A stretch of DNA of 64,000 bases from Mobula hypostoma. Taxonomy: Eukaryota. Positions 38,501-50,791 of the stretch are shown in pieces (within the stretch, counting starts at the first letter, position 1; the number at the start of each line of letters is the position of its first letter). The notes beneath the pieces are model-generated. The model saw only the letters and a list, made by a program, of their open reading frames with translations. It had not been told where the DNA came from and ran no database searches. The stretch is from NCBI RefSeq assembly GCF_963921235.1, contig NC_086108.1:26598001-26662000 (forward strand). The letters run 5' to 3'. Made by a program: the position numbers and the translations under genes.

Positions 38501-40640
38501 CTGCACAAAAGTGAGTCACCCATTGAATCAGCTTCTGTGCAGTTACCCTCCTTTGGGGGAAAAAGGGAGGGGGAGAAAAGGACAGGAGGGTGGAGAGTAT
38601 CTTAGCCCATCAGAGCCCTTTGGACCAAGGTGGGATGTAAAATGTGAAGAGGCCTTTCAGTCCTTGAAGGAGCTGCTGACTCAGGCACCAGTGCTAGATT
38701 TTTTGGACCCCTGATTGCCATATGTACTGCACACGGATGCCAGTCAAGAGGGCTTGGTGGGATGGCATCCTGTATCAGGATCAGAGCTAAGGGTTGAGGT
38801 CCGTTGTGTTTGTCAGCCGGAGTCTGTCGCCCTCCGAGAAAAACTATCCCACGCACAAGTTGGGATTTCTGACATTGAAATGGGTGGTGGTGGATAAGCT
38901 GAGTGACTACCTCTACGTGGCCAAGTTTGAGGTGAGGACAGACAACAACCCCCTAACTTATTTCCTGATCTCGACAAAGTTGGATGCCACAGATCATCAG
39001 TGGTTGGCAGCGCTGTCTGCCTATGATTTCAGCCTGAAGTGCCGGCCGGGAAGTTGGAACATTGATGCTGATGCTTTGTCCCGATGGGTGCATGAGGGAC
39101 TGGTCAGGGACAAGGAGTGGGAGAGCGTTCCTGTCCCGGGGGTGAAGGCCCTGTGTCAGTTTGCTATCACTGTGAAGGCAGGGGAAAGGAGGGGCAGGAT
39201 TGGTTGATGGATCAATTGGGGGCTTCTGATGACGCCATCCCCCAAGTTTATTATAACGTAACTGCTCTGAAGACAAATCAGCTGCCGGAATTGAGGTCTG
39301 GGGAAGTGGCAACTGCTCAGCGAAATGATCCGGGCATCGGTGCCATTTGGTCAGCAGTCAAAAAAGGAGACATGACTCAGGCGGAGAACATGAAACACGC
39401 GTTGGGGCCTCCATTACTGAGAGAATGACCTCAGCTGGAGTTGCAGAACAAGATCTTATACCGGGTCACGTCACGCCCGGACCGACCTTGGCGTTGCCAG
39501 CTGGTTCTGCCGGAGAAGTATCGGAGGATTGAGTTGAAGTCACTTCATGATGATTTTGGACATTTGGGGGTGGAAAAGACTGAGGGATTGCTCAGAGATC
39601 GGTTTTACTGGCTCTGGATGAAGTCGGAGGTCGAAGAAAACTGCAAGTCTTGAATTTGATGTATATGGCGGATGACACTGCCTACGCGGGCAGCACCCTT
39701 GTCCCACTTGCAGAGTGTGGGGCATCTGGACCTGGTGTGTATGGACTTCCTGTCAATAGAACCTGATGCCAGCAACACGGCGAATGTCTTAGTCATCACG
39801 GACTACTATACCACATATGCACAGGCTTTCCCTGCCAAGGACCAGAGGGAATCAATGGTGGCCAAAGTGTTACGGGAGAAGTATTTCATTTATTATGGCC
39901 TTCCCAGGCGGATACATAGTGATCAGGGACGGAATTTCGAGAGCAGAATCATCCATGAGTTACTGGGCATGCTTGGAGTCGAGAAGTCGAGGACCATGCC
40001 CTTTTACCCGTAGGGTGATCCCCAGCCCGAGAGGTTTAATCGGACCTTGCTAAACATGCTTGGGACCCTGGAGATCAGCAAGGAGAGCAGGTGGAGTCAA
40101 CATATTGGACATTTGGTTCACAGTTACAACTGTACTGTACTCGAAATGAAGCTACTGGGTACTCGCCATATTATCTGATGTTTGGGCACGAGGCAAGGTT
40201 GCCCATTGACCTTTGTTTTGGGACTGATGAGGGTGACTTACCACCGAGGACTTATCTGAAGTATGTGTCTGACATGAGAAGAGGACTGAAAAAGGCTTAT
40301 GAATTGGCTGGGGTCACGGCTGCTAGGCAGAATCAAGGAAATAAGAGGAGGTATTATCAAACGGTGAGATTCTCCCAACTCCTGCTGGGAGATCAAGTCC
40401 TCATAAAGAATTTGGGACTGCCTGGGAAACATAAATTGGCAGACCGTTGGGCAGCTACGCCCTATGTGGTGGAGAGTCAAATGTCAGACCTACCAGTTTT
40501 CCAGGTGAAACCAGAGGATGGGAATGGGCCTGTCAAGATTCTCCATCAGGACTGTGGTAACTTCCACTTTGAAAAGGCACCCTCGACAACTTCATGCCCA
40601 AAGAAACAACTTTATCTCGAACGTCAAAACCGTTGTGTAT

Positions 40641-41367
40641 ATAGTCATAGTCATAGTCATAGCCATACTTTATTGATCCCGCGGGAAATTGGTTTTCGTT
40701 ACAGTTGCACCATAAATAATAAATAGTAATAGAACCATAAATAGTTAAATAGTAATACATAAATTATGCCAGTAAATTATGAAATAAGTCCAGGACCAGC
40801 CTATCGACTCAGGGTGTCTGACCCTCCAAGGGAGGAGTTGTAAAGTTTGATGGCCGCAGGCAGGAATGACTTCCTGTGACGCTCTGTGCTGCATCTCGGA
40901 GGAATGAGTCTTTGGCTGAATGTACTCCTGTGCCCACCCAGTACATTATGTAGTGGATGGGAGACATTGACCAAGATGACATGCAACTTAAACAGCATCC
41001 TCTTTTCAGACACTACCGTGAGAGAGTCCAGTTCCATCCCCACAACGTCACTGGCCCTACAAATGAGTTTGTTGATTCTGTTGGCGTCTGCTGCCCCAGC
41101 ACACAACAGCAAACATGATAGCACTGGCCACCACAGACTCATAGAACATCCTCAGCATCGTCTGACAGATGTTAAAGGACCTCAGACTCCTCAGGAAATA
41201 GAAATGGCTCTGACCTTTCGTGTTCTTTGACCAGTCCAGTTTATTGTCAATTCGTATCCCCAGGTATTTGTAATCCTCCACCATGTCCACACTGACCCCC
41301 TGGATGGAAACAGGAGTCACCGGTACCTTAGCTCTCCTCAGGTCTACCACCAGTTCCTCAGTCTTTT
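40641..41367 (-). mobile_element. Rex1/Babar LINE 3' fragment, same family as 16833-17633
   Basis: Closely similar sequence and (agtcat)n tail on the + strand. Confidence 0.9.
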
Positions 41368-42156
41368 TATACAGAGGCTTTCACAACCCATACGGCATGG
41401 CAGGAACACTACATACAGAGCACACCAGAAGTAAAAAGAACGGAAGTAAATCCCCCATTACCCTAATTAGTATTAATTTACTTTTAATAATATTCAGATT
41501 ACAATAAGTACCACCTGTTGCCCTGGGTCAAGAGGTGCAGGTAGACCCAGAGCCCGAATGGGAGCCTACACCTAGTAAGAAGACTCTGAGAAAACGCAGG
41601 GCAACTGCAGGGCCCACAGCAGGCGAGGTTAGGCTGGCCCCCACCCCTGAGAGTGATACTGATTCGGAGGATGAGGACCTGGATGTATGGCATATGTTGC
41701 CTTTTGTTAACTCCTCATTGATTGAGGAAGAGACTCACATCCCTTCTCCCGCTGAGTCAGGTGATGTGGCGGGGCGGGGGGTGCTATCTGTGGGCAGCCT
41801 GGGTTGCAGCGGGACCCTGCAGGGAGGGAAACGGGGCTTGGCCACGGGACAGAGGGGTCTGAGTTGCAGGTGGGCACGAGTGATAGGTCGGGTGAGGCCT
41901 CATCAGGTGGACCGGAAGTATCCCCAGCAGTATCTGAACCTCAAGAGTTAGGGAGAGGGAATGGCGGTCTCAGAGAATTAGGAGACCACCGGATAGGCTG
42001 GACTACGTAGCACTTGGGGAATACAGTGGAACCACTACTGTTTTGGGGAGCCATGTCACTGCCCTGTGCACCTGGATTGGACTCTGTGTTTTGCAGGAAT
42101 GGTTGGCGAATTATCTCAACATTATGAGGACATGACTAAATTTGGTAGGGGGAGAG

Positions 42157-42715
42157 TGTAACACGCTGTAAGGTTTCACTGCTAATGTAATGGTTTCTCC
42201 GTAGCAGCAATGTTTGGGTTATGACTAGAGATAATGGGGGCTTTGGAATTTATGCTAGCCAATGAGAGGCATGTTGTTCTTTCTTGTGGGTCTGGGAGCA
42301 GTGATTTTGCAGTCTTTTGTGGGCGAGAGATGAAAAGGGAAGACGCGAGTGGAGAGAGCTGGTAGAACACCAGACGGAGTGGACTAGGAGCGAGGGTCCG
42401 AAGGTCAGCGACGCTTGGAGGAGGTCGATGGGGGACGAATGGACGAATTCCTGAGCTCCAGCGCGCACATTAGACTATTTCATTAAAATGGGCCCTTTTT
42501 CTTCTTATTTTCCTTCCTCACCCTATAGACAGATTAAGATTTATAAAATTCAATCATTTAATTGCATACGGTGTACTGTCTGATATTTTGCAGTTCTGAT
42601 TTGTAACCGGGTAACACATCACGCAGCATCCACACAAAGGGGATTTCTCAGTTTGGCTGGGCCAGAGGCTGTCTTCCCCTAGACAAACTCGTGCTGGCTG
42701 AAGCTCAGGATTACA
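42157..42715 (+). repeat. Gypsy 3' LTR
   Basis: tgtaac...ttaca, following the PPT. Confidence 0.9.
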
Positions 42716-43630
42716 GTGTGCACATTCAGTCCTGTACTTACCCCTTTCAATTTTGTCCAGCTTTTACATTGCAACTCAAACTTTTCATTCCTAAGTTTAT
42801 CTGAGGTCTTATCAGCATCTGCCTACACAACCTCTCCACTAACTGTTCTGGCACTCTGGTTCCAATCCCCCACACCCCCAGTTTAAATCCCACTGTGTAG
42901 CATTAACAAACCATCCCCCTCTAGTTCAGGTGCAAACCGTCCCTTCTGTACAAGTCCAACCTTCCCTGGAAGAGAGCCCGAAGCCTAATGATTGAAAAAC
43001 TTTGTGTCCTCCCTCCTACACCAGCTCCTTAGCTACGTATTAACCTGTATAATTTCCTAGTTCTAGCCTCACTAGCATGTGGCATGGATAGCAATCCTGA
43101 GATCACAATCCAGTGGGTCCTGCCCTTTAACTTAGCAACCAACTCCCTGTACTCCCAATACAGAACCTTGTCACTCATCCTACCCATGTCATTGGCACCT
43201 ACACAGACCATGACTCCTGGCTGCTCACCCTTCCACTTAAGAATTCTGAGGACTCAATCCAAGGTAACCGAGACCCTAGCACCTGGGAGACAACATACCA
43301 TCTGGGAATCTCGATCTCGCCCACCTTGGGTGTAACTACCTGTCTATTTGTCCTATCCATCACCGTCTCAGCCTCCTTAATGTTCCAGAGTTCATCCAGT
43401 TTTCTCTGTCGTGCACCTTGGGTGTAACTACCTGTCTATATGTCCTATCCATCACCCTCTCAGCCTCCTAATGCTCCAGAGTTCATCCAGTTCCAGCTCC
43501 AACTCCTCAAAGCAGATTGCTAGAAGCTACAACTGGATGCACTTCTCACAGATGTGGACGTCAGGGACAATGCAGGTCTCCCTGCCTTCCCAGATCCTGC
43601 AAGTGAAGCACTCAACTATCCTGATGTTGA
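42716..43630 (-). mobile_element. Continuation (ORF1/esterase region) of the old CR1 split by the Gypsy element
   Basis: VCVGANDMGRMSDKVLYWEYRELVAKLKGRT...ISGLL, homologous to ORF1 at 22374-23342. Confidence 0.8.
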
Positions 43631-44287
43631 ATGTTAAATCTGAAATCAGCACAAATCAAACGAAATTTGAGTAGAGAAAGATGCTGGAGTAGGAAAAAGG
43701 ATAGGACAGTGGGATTAATTCACCAAAAAGCCAGCACGTTCCTCGAGAGCTTAAGCAACTTTCTTTTGTGAGGTATTTTTCTGCATCTCTCTTGAATGTT
43801 GAAGTCTCAGTTTGTACTGTTTATTTATCTCCTGTAATAATAGCTCATTGCTCCTGGTTGCTTAGCCTCTTGACACTCTGTGGGACAGTGCTGTGTCAGG
43901 AACACCCCATGATGGCTGTACTCTGCTACAAGTACTTCTGATCATATCTGTGTCTCCTGTTAATTATACACTGTACTTCATTTCACAGATGGATTGTATA
44001 TAACCCTTGAAATTTATGTTATAATTATTGTAATATCTTAATGTTTTAATTTTTTTGAATTGCCATTACCATTCTCCCTTGCAATCATTAATGTCATTCT
44101 GCACTCTCTGATCCCATTATTCTGACATGAGCACATGATTTGAACTAAACAAAACATAATCAGTGAAGTTATATTGTGTAGCTGCCTTGTCTCTTTAATT
44201 ACTTTAACACTTCCCTATCGTGCTCTTTGCTGGTGAGCTGTGAATGAAATGAAGACCTTTCTTTTAGTTTAAACTGAGCCATCAAGC

Positions 44288-44351
44288 TAGGAGTTCCCAA
44301 CATGTGGTTAATAGTCAGGGTCCATGGCATAAAAAAGTTTGGAAACCCCTG
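44288..44351. mobile_element. hAT-type MITE (64 bp)
   Basis: taggagttcccaac...tttggaaacccctg; 8-bp TSD catcaagc/cattaagc. Confidence 0.7.
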
Positions 44352-44918
44352 CATTAAGCAACGAGACTGTCTCCAGCACAAGGCCTTTATCACTGATGAC
44401 CATGACCATGTCACATTCTTTGGAGTTTATTCACCTGTCTAACCTCAAATCAATAAATCAGCAGCTGCCACTCTGAAGGACGGAGCTCCCTCCAGCCTTT
44501 TATCAAACTCACAGAGTTCAGATGTCCTCTCTGCTCCTCCCATCTGGGTTACTACTGTATCTTCAGCACCTTGACAAGGGGATAAGGGGCTGGCCAATGT
44601 TCTCGTGTGTGTAAGAGGATAGGAATTTATAGGGATAGAACAAACCACACAGTTTCACCCGCACATCACAAACTTCACTCTCTTATTTATCGCAAATCCA
44701 TTGAATTCTGCTTTGAAAATAGTTAATGTTTCCAAGTCCCTACTTACACCACCCTTTGCAGAAGAGTTCTAAAGACTCACGACTCTCTCAGGAAAAGCCT
44801 TTGCCTTATCTCTATCACAAATGGGAAACACGTTATTTGAGCCCATGACCCTTAATTCTTGCATCTCTCACAAGAGGAAGCATCGCCCTTGCAGCCATCC
44901 TGTCAAGACCCCTTAGGA

Positions 44919-44989
44919 TGTGGGTTCCCAGCCTTTTCTATACCATGAACATCTACCATTATCCGAGGATCCCAGGCTGGGAACTCCTG
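44919..44989. mobile_element. hAT-type MITE (71 bp) inside an old CR1 fragment
   Basis: gttcccagcct...aggctgggaac inverted repeat; perfect 8-bp TSD ccttagga. Confidence 0.8.
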
Positions 44990-45379
44990 CCTTAGGATCT
45001 TCTATTTCAAGCCTACTCTTGTGCTGCTAAACTTGAGCTGATACAGGCCTACCCTGTTCCACCTTTCTTGGTTAAACAACACACTGGTTCCAGAATACAC
45101 AAGAGAATGCAGATGCTGGAATCTGCAGCAACAAGCATTCTGCTGGAGAAACTTTGCAGGTTGAGCAACATCTGTGAGGGGAAAGGAATTGAGCAGAAAT
45201 ATTCCTCAGAATACTTCTCGGTTTGGTTTTTGGTCTATTTCCTCAATCTTTACTGGTCATATAATTTACAGGACCTCCCTACTTTCCACAACTGGTTTAA
45301 AAGCCCAATAGATTCAGATCTTGTATCACTAAAGGGAAGGTCATAGAGGCATGTAGTGATACAGTGCAGAATCTGGCCT

Positions 45380-45842
45380 GCCAGCCCACCGAATCTGCAC
45401 TGTCTGGTATGGAGGGGCCGCCACACAGGATTGGAAGAAGCTGCAGAGGATTGGTCACTCAGCCAGCTCCATCATGGGCACCAGCCTCCCCACCATTAAG
45501 CTCATCTTCAAATTACAATGCCTCAACAAGGTGGATTAAGGATTCCCACCACCCAGGACATGTCCTGGTCTCATTGCTACCATGAGATAGGAGGTACAAG
45601 AGCCTGAAGACACACACTGAACATTTTAGGAAAAGCTTCTTCCCCTCTGCCATCAGGTTTCTGAATGGACAATGAACCCATGAACACCATCTGAATATTT
45701 TAGCTGTCTTTTTGCACTAATTTAATATTTCTATACTGTACTTATTGTATTGTGTAGCATATTTTAATGTATTGCATTGTCCTGCTGCTGCAAAACAACA
45801 CAATTCTGACACATGCATTGATAATAAACCTGATTCTGATTC
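45380..45842 (+). mobile_element. Rex1-type LINE 3' fragment
   Basis: IKDSHHPGHVLVSLLP; aggaggtacaagagcctgaagaca; (attctg)n tail. Confidence 0.7.
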
Positions 45843-48654
45843 TAATGGTAAACTAATTGCACAGCGGTGCTCTACATTATTAACAATGAGACTCATTTTA
45901 CCTGCCCACTGCCCCACTTCACCTCTATCAACATTCCACCTTGATTTGCATGCACCCTTTGCTGCTGAATTTGTTTCTACACCACATTACCATGAATGCA
46001 AGGTTACAAAAGTAAGCATGGTTTTCAGCTTGACTATCCCTGGTTATACTTACCCTTAGCTTTCTCCAAATTCTCCCCTGTGTCAACCACCACACCATTA
46101 AATACCTGCCAGACTTCTGGAAGTAAGTGGAAGCAGCTGATGCAAATGCACAAAGCCTAAGACTACTGGTTCAGTTCACCTTTTTAGTTTGTCTCTGACA
46201 ACCTGCATTGTCAGAGCACAAACTTATGTACTTGTTTGTTTATGTCTCATGCAACTGTACATCCACGCTTGCATGTGTGTTGTTCCATTCCAAATACAAG
46301 GAATTATTTTCAGGACAGGGAACGGAGGCCAGGTTTTTCCTTGCTTGTGATAAGATGAATCCCAGGACTTCTACGGCTATCACTGGTTGTCAACTCTAAG
46401 TGGACCATAGCCAGAGCATCAGCTGTGTCAGATTAAAGATTCTTGTAATGTGCCCTGTGGAAAGCAAGTGAACCATGAACTGATACACAGTAACTCACTC
46501 TCTGTTTTGCCCCAGTCATGTACCTGATGACACCAAAACAGAGAAAAGCAGAACTTCATCTTTTAACCCTGCCTCTACATTCACAAGATCACAAGATCAC
46601 AAGACAAAGGAGCAGAAGTAGGCTATTTGGCCCATCGAGTCTGCTCCACAACTCCTCCATCAGCTAAACTGTTCTCTCATCTAGTTCCAATTTCCGGCTT
46701 TTTCCCCATATCCCTTGATACCCTGACTAATTAGATACCTGTCAATCTCCTCCTTAGAGGAGAACTAACCAGCCTCATCACCTCTTTCAAAGAACTTATT
46801 GATTTCATGCCATTTACACAATTTATCAACGGCTTTTTTCAAACTTTGGACTAGAAAATAGATTATCATACCAAACTTATTTAATGCACAGCCTCTGCAG
46901 CTGTCAAAAGCCCCTGTATTTTAGCTTAATATTGTTCAGTTTTGTTCAACAATTCATCAGCAATCTCTGCATTGCAGTGCTGTCTATATTTAAGAGGACG
47001 TGCATCATAGCACTATGTTATGCTGGGAGATAGATGGATTTGAATCCTAAGTACTGTTTGGATTTGTATTTGACACCTTGTCCTTATAGACTGGTAGATC
47101 CTGTCCATTATCTTACAAGTGCTAACTTAAAAATTGGACCCATTTGCACATGCATCTTTATCTATAACTTGGTCAGAAGATTAGTTCAGCATAAATAGTG
47201 TAGATTGCACTCATGATTACTCATGACTACTCCAAGGTGAAATTATAACCATTGGGAAATCAGTATGAATACTTCCAAATGCAGCTGACAAGAGTGTAGC
47301 TACTGTTTTCCAGGCTCTTCAGAGGTAATATTAACAGCATTAGGTCTTTCAGATTTCAGCTTTCAAAACCAGAATCAAACATCCAATCAGATCATACTAC
47401 AACATTTTTCACTCTAGTCTTTAATATCTATGTACATCTAAAAGCTTCCCCTCATGGTTTTGGAGTTCTTAATGGGTTCCCTACCTCAACAGTTTCTGGT
47501 CAGGCCCTCTTTCCAATGTTGCTATCAGACAGGAGGTACAGGAGACAGAAGACCCACACCTCAAGGTGCAACAACAGCTTCTCTCCCAATGCCATCTTTG
47601 TTTTGAACTAACCTGAAAAACTTTAACACTACCTTAGATTATTTTATTCTCTCTCATACTCAATCTTATACTGGTGTCTTTGTTCATTCGACGTGCATGT
47701 AAATTTTGTTTATTTTATGTCAACTTATGTTTGTCTTCATCTTGTAATATACTGGGCTGCTGCGACAAAAAGCACACTTTCATGGCATCTAAACCCTGTA
47801 CATGTAAGCCTGTGACAACAATAAACTCTATCATTTATGTATGGCTCTATAAACTGAATAAGTGTCTCCAAGCTGCTGGATGAGTGTGGCGTCCCAGCAG
47901 ATTCCAGACCAGTCTTCCTGTAGTGTCTAGATTATGAGAACAGCAAAGGATTGTCTGGGCAGAAGGCTGGTGCAGGAATCACGGTCAACGCTGAGCCAGA
48001 CTGTGGTGCCCTCTCTAGCCGAGAACAATAATGCTGCCTCGCAGATCCAAAAACCCAAGTTCAGTTGTAGCCTTGGCTGCGGCCTGGGAGGAGTTTGTAC
48101 CTTTATTCCATTTTCCACGTGGGTTCCCCCAGATGCCTTGGTTCCTTCAGCACAAGAAGGCTGGTTGGTAGGTCAATTGCTTACTGTAAATGATCCTAGT
48201 GCTGGTGGACATTGATCACATGAATCAGCAAAGGTTACAGGCTATAAGTAGGGGATTGGGATCGATGGGATTGCTTTGAGAGTTGGCAATGGTTTCCAAT
48301 GGCATAAAGAAATAATGGGAATTATTAGAAACCAAAAGCTCTGCTTAAACTAATGATTAAATTAAGCCTTTCTGAATGGCATTACAACTTACTAGTTTTT
48401 CTCTGTGTGTTTGCAGGGGTAGCCATACTCCTCCCTTCTCTCCTCCAATCCCATCGTTCTCTAATTCCAATCTCTTGCACCTACCTGATTTTCATCTCTC
48501 CAGTATCAGTAGTTGGACCTTAGCCGGGGCTGTAGCCTCTGTATGGATTCCTTAAATGTTTCCCTCTAGAAAACCAATAAAACCAAAGAAACTAGAATCT
48601 GAAACAAAAACAGAAACATTGGAAGAATCCAGCCCATCAAGTTGCATTTGTACA

Positions 48655-49540
48655 TAAGACCACATGACATAGGGGCAGAATTAGACAACTCAGCCCATCG
48701 AATCTGCTCTGCCATTTCATCATGGCTGATCCTTTTCCCCTCTCAACCCCTTTCTTCTGCCTTCTCCTCATAACCTTTGACACCCTGACTAACCAAGAAC
48801 CTATCAACCTCTGTTTTAAATATACCCAACATCTCGGCCTCCATGACTGGCTGTGGAAATGAATTCCACAGAATCAGCACTCCGTGACTAAAGAAATTCC
48901 TTCTCAAATCTGTCCTAAATCAATATCCCTCTATACTGAGACTGTGCTGTCTGGTGTTGCAGACACCTACTATTGGGAACATCCTCTCTGCATACGCTCT
49001 ATCTAGGCCTCTCAATATTCAATAGGTTTCAATGAGATCACCCCACATTCTTCTAAACTTCAGCAGGTATGGGCTCAGAGTCATCAAACACTCCTCATAT
49101 GTTAACTCTTTTATTCCCAGAATCATTCTTCTGAATCTCCTCTGGACCCTCTCCAATATCGGCACATTGTTCCTTAGATAAGGGGCCCAAATCTCCTTAC
49201 ACTACACCATGCAGTCTGACCAATGCCTTATAAAGCCTCAGCATTATATCATTGCTTTTGTATTCATGTCATTTCAGAAATGAATGCCAACTTTGCATTT
49301 GTCTTCCTTACCGCCGACTCAACCTGCAAGTTAATCTTTAGGGAATACTGCACAAAAACTCCCAAGTGCTCTGGTTTCCCTCCAAACTGCAAAGACGTAT
49401 CGGTTACTAGGTTAATTGGTCATTGTAAATTATTACATGATTAGTCTATGGCTAAATCACGGATTACTGGTGGCAGAGCTCGAAGGCTGAAAGGGCCTAT
49501 TCCATGATGTATCTCCAAATAAAATAAAAATAAAAACATT
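48655..49540. mobile_element. Old CR1 3' fragment (- strand) followed by a SINE (+ strand)
   Basis: Similar to 32313-32950. SINE core and A-rich tail end about 140 bp before the terminal exon acceptor. Confidence 0.7.
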
Positions 49541-49677
49541 AATACTTTCATTTCATGATGTTCCTGACAAGTTGGATTATTTTTGGGTATAAAGGAGCTT
49601 TGCCAATGCAAGTTGCTGTTTGAATGGTGTGCACTTTTATCTTAACATGGTGTTTGGTTTGTGTTTCCTCTCCACAG

Positions 49678-50791
49678 GGCCATGACCTATTGGCTAAACC
49701 GCGTCCAGTCCTTCTTGTACTGCACAGACAACAGCCTGGCCGGGATCTTCTCGGAGGAGAGCCGGAGCTGCACCTGCCCCTACGACCAGCTGAGCTGCCA
49801 GAAGCCCATCCCGTGTGTGGTGGGTGAGGGGACATCCTGTGTGGTGTGTGCGGCCGATAATCGCACCCGCTGCGGTGGCTGCAACGAGGGCTACATGCTG
49901 GCCCAGGGGGCTTGCCGGCCGGAAGTGGCAGACTCCACTGAGCAGTACATTGGCTTTGAGACCGAGCAGGACCTGCGGGACATGGAGATTAGGTACCTGC
50001 TGCAGAAGCGAGATAGCAAGATCATCGTGCCGGCCATCTTCATCAGCAATGACATGCGCCTCAACAGCTGGTTCGATCCCTCCTGGAGAAAGCGCATGCT
50101 CCTAACACTGAAGAGCAACAAGTACAAGACCAATTTTGTCCATATGATCTTGGGCATGACCATACAAATCTGTTTGACTAAAAATAGTACCTTGGAACCA
50201 GTGCTGGCTATCTATGTGAATCCCTTCGGAGGTAGTCACTCAGAGAGCTGGTTCATGCCCGTCAATGAAGACAACTACCCAGACTGGGAGCGGACTAAGG
50301 TGGATGTGCCTCTTCAGTGTTACAACTGGACTCTGATACTGGGCAACAAGTGGAAGACCTTCTTTGAAACGGTCCACATCTATTTGAGGAGCCGCATCAA
50401 GTCCAGCGGCAATGAGAGCCTGTTCTATGAGCCGCTAGAGTTCATCGACCCCTCCAGGAATCTGGGCTACATGAAGATCAGCCACGCCCAGGTGTTCGGT
50501 TACAGCATGCACTTCGACCCTGACGCCATTCGGGATTTGATCCTGCAGCTGGACTACCCGTACACACAGGGCTCGCAGGACTCCGCCCTGCTGCAGCTGC
50601 TGGAGATACGAGACCGAGTGAACCGCCTGTCCCCCTACAGCCACCAGCGGCTGGACCTCTTCACCTGCCTGCTCCGCCATCGGCTGAAGCTGACCACCAG
50701 TGAGGTGGTCAGAATTCAAGCCTCCCTCCAGGCCTTCAATGCCAAACTCGTCAACCCCGTCGAAAATGAAACCACCAAATTATGCAGTTAA
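49678..50791 (+). CDS. BRINP2: BRINP2/BRINP3-type gene (BMP/retinoic acid-inducible neural-specific protein), terminal coding exon
   Basis: Polypyrimidine tract plus tccacag|G joins AG+G to give Arg, then AMTYWLNRVQSFLYC. Cys-rich region, FISNDMRLNSWFDPSWRKRMLLTLKSNK, VNPFGGSHSESWFMP, and C-terminus ETTKLCS-stop. Family assignment is firm; BRINP2 vs BRINP3 is ambiguous. Confidence 0.95.

Larger units (their letters stand above)
34164..42715 (+). mobile_element. Gypsy LTR retrotransposon (PNMA-like gag; PR-RT-RH-INT), decayed, both LTRs present
   Basis: LTRs 34164-34746 and 42157-42715; PPT ggtagggggagag; zinc knuckle CYNCGEE; protease AILDTRSQ; RT YASPIVV...RMCVDYRTLN; RNase H TDAS...RTDNNPLTY; integrase HSDQGRNFES. 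Imperfect TSD ctgt/gtgt. Confidence 0.93.

Noticed and set aside
49661-49677. GTG start for a 376-aa single-exon gene
   Set aside because: Lies in the polypyrimidine tract and acceptor of the terminal BRINP exon.
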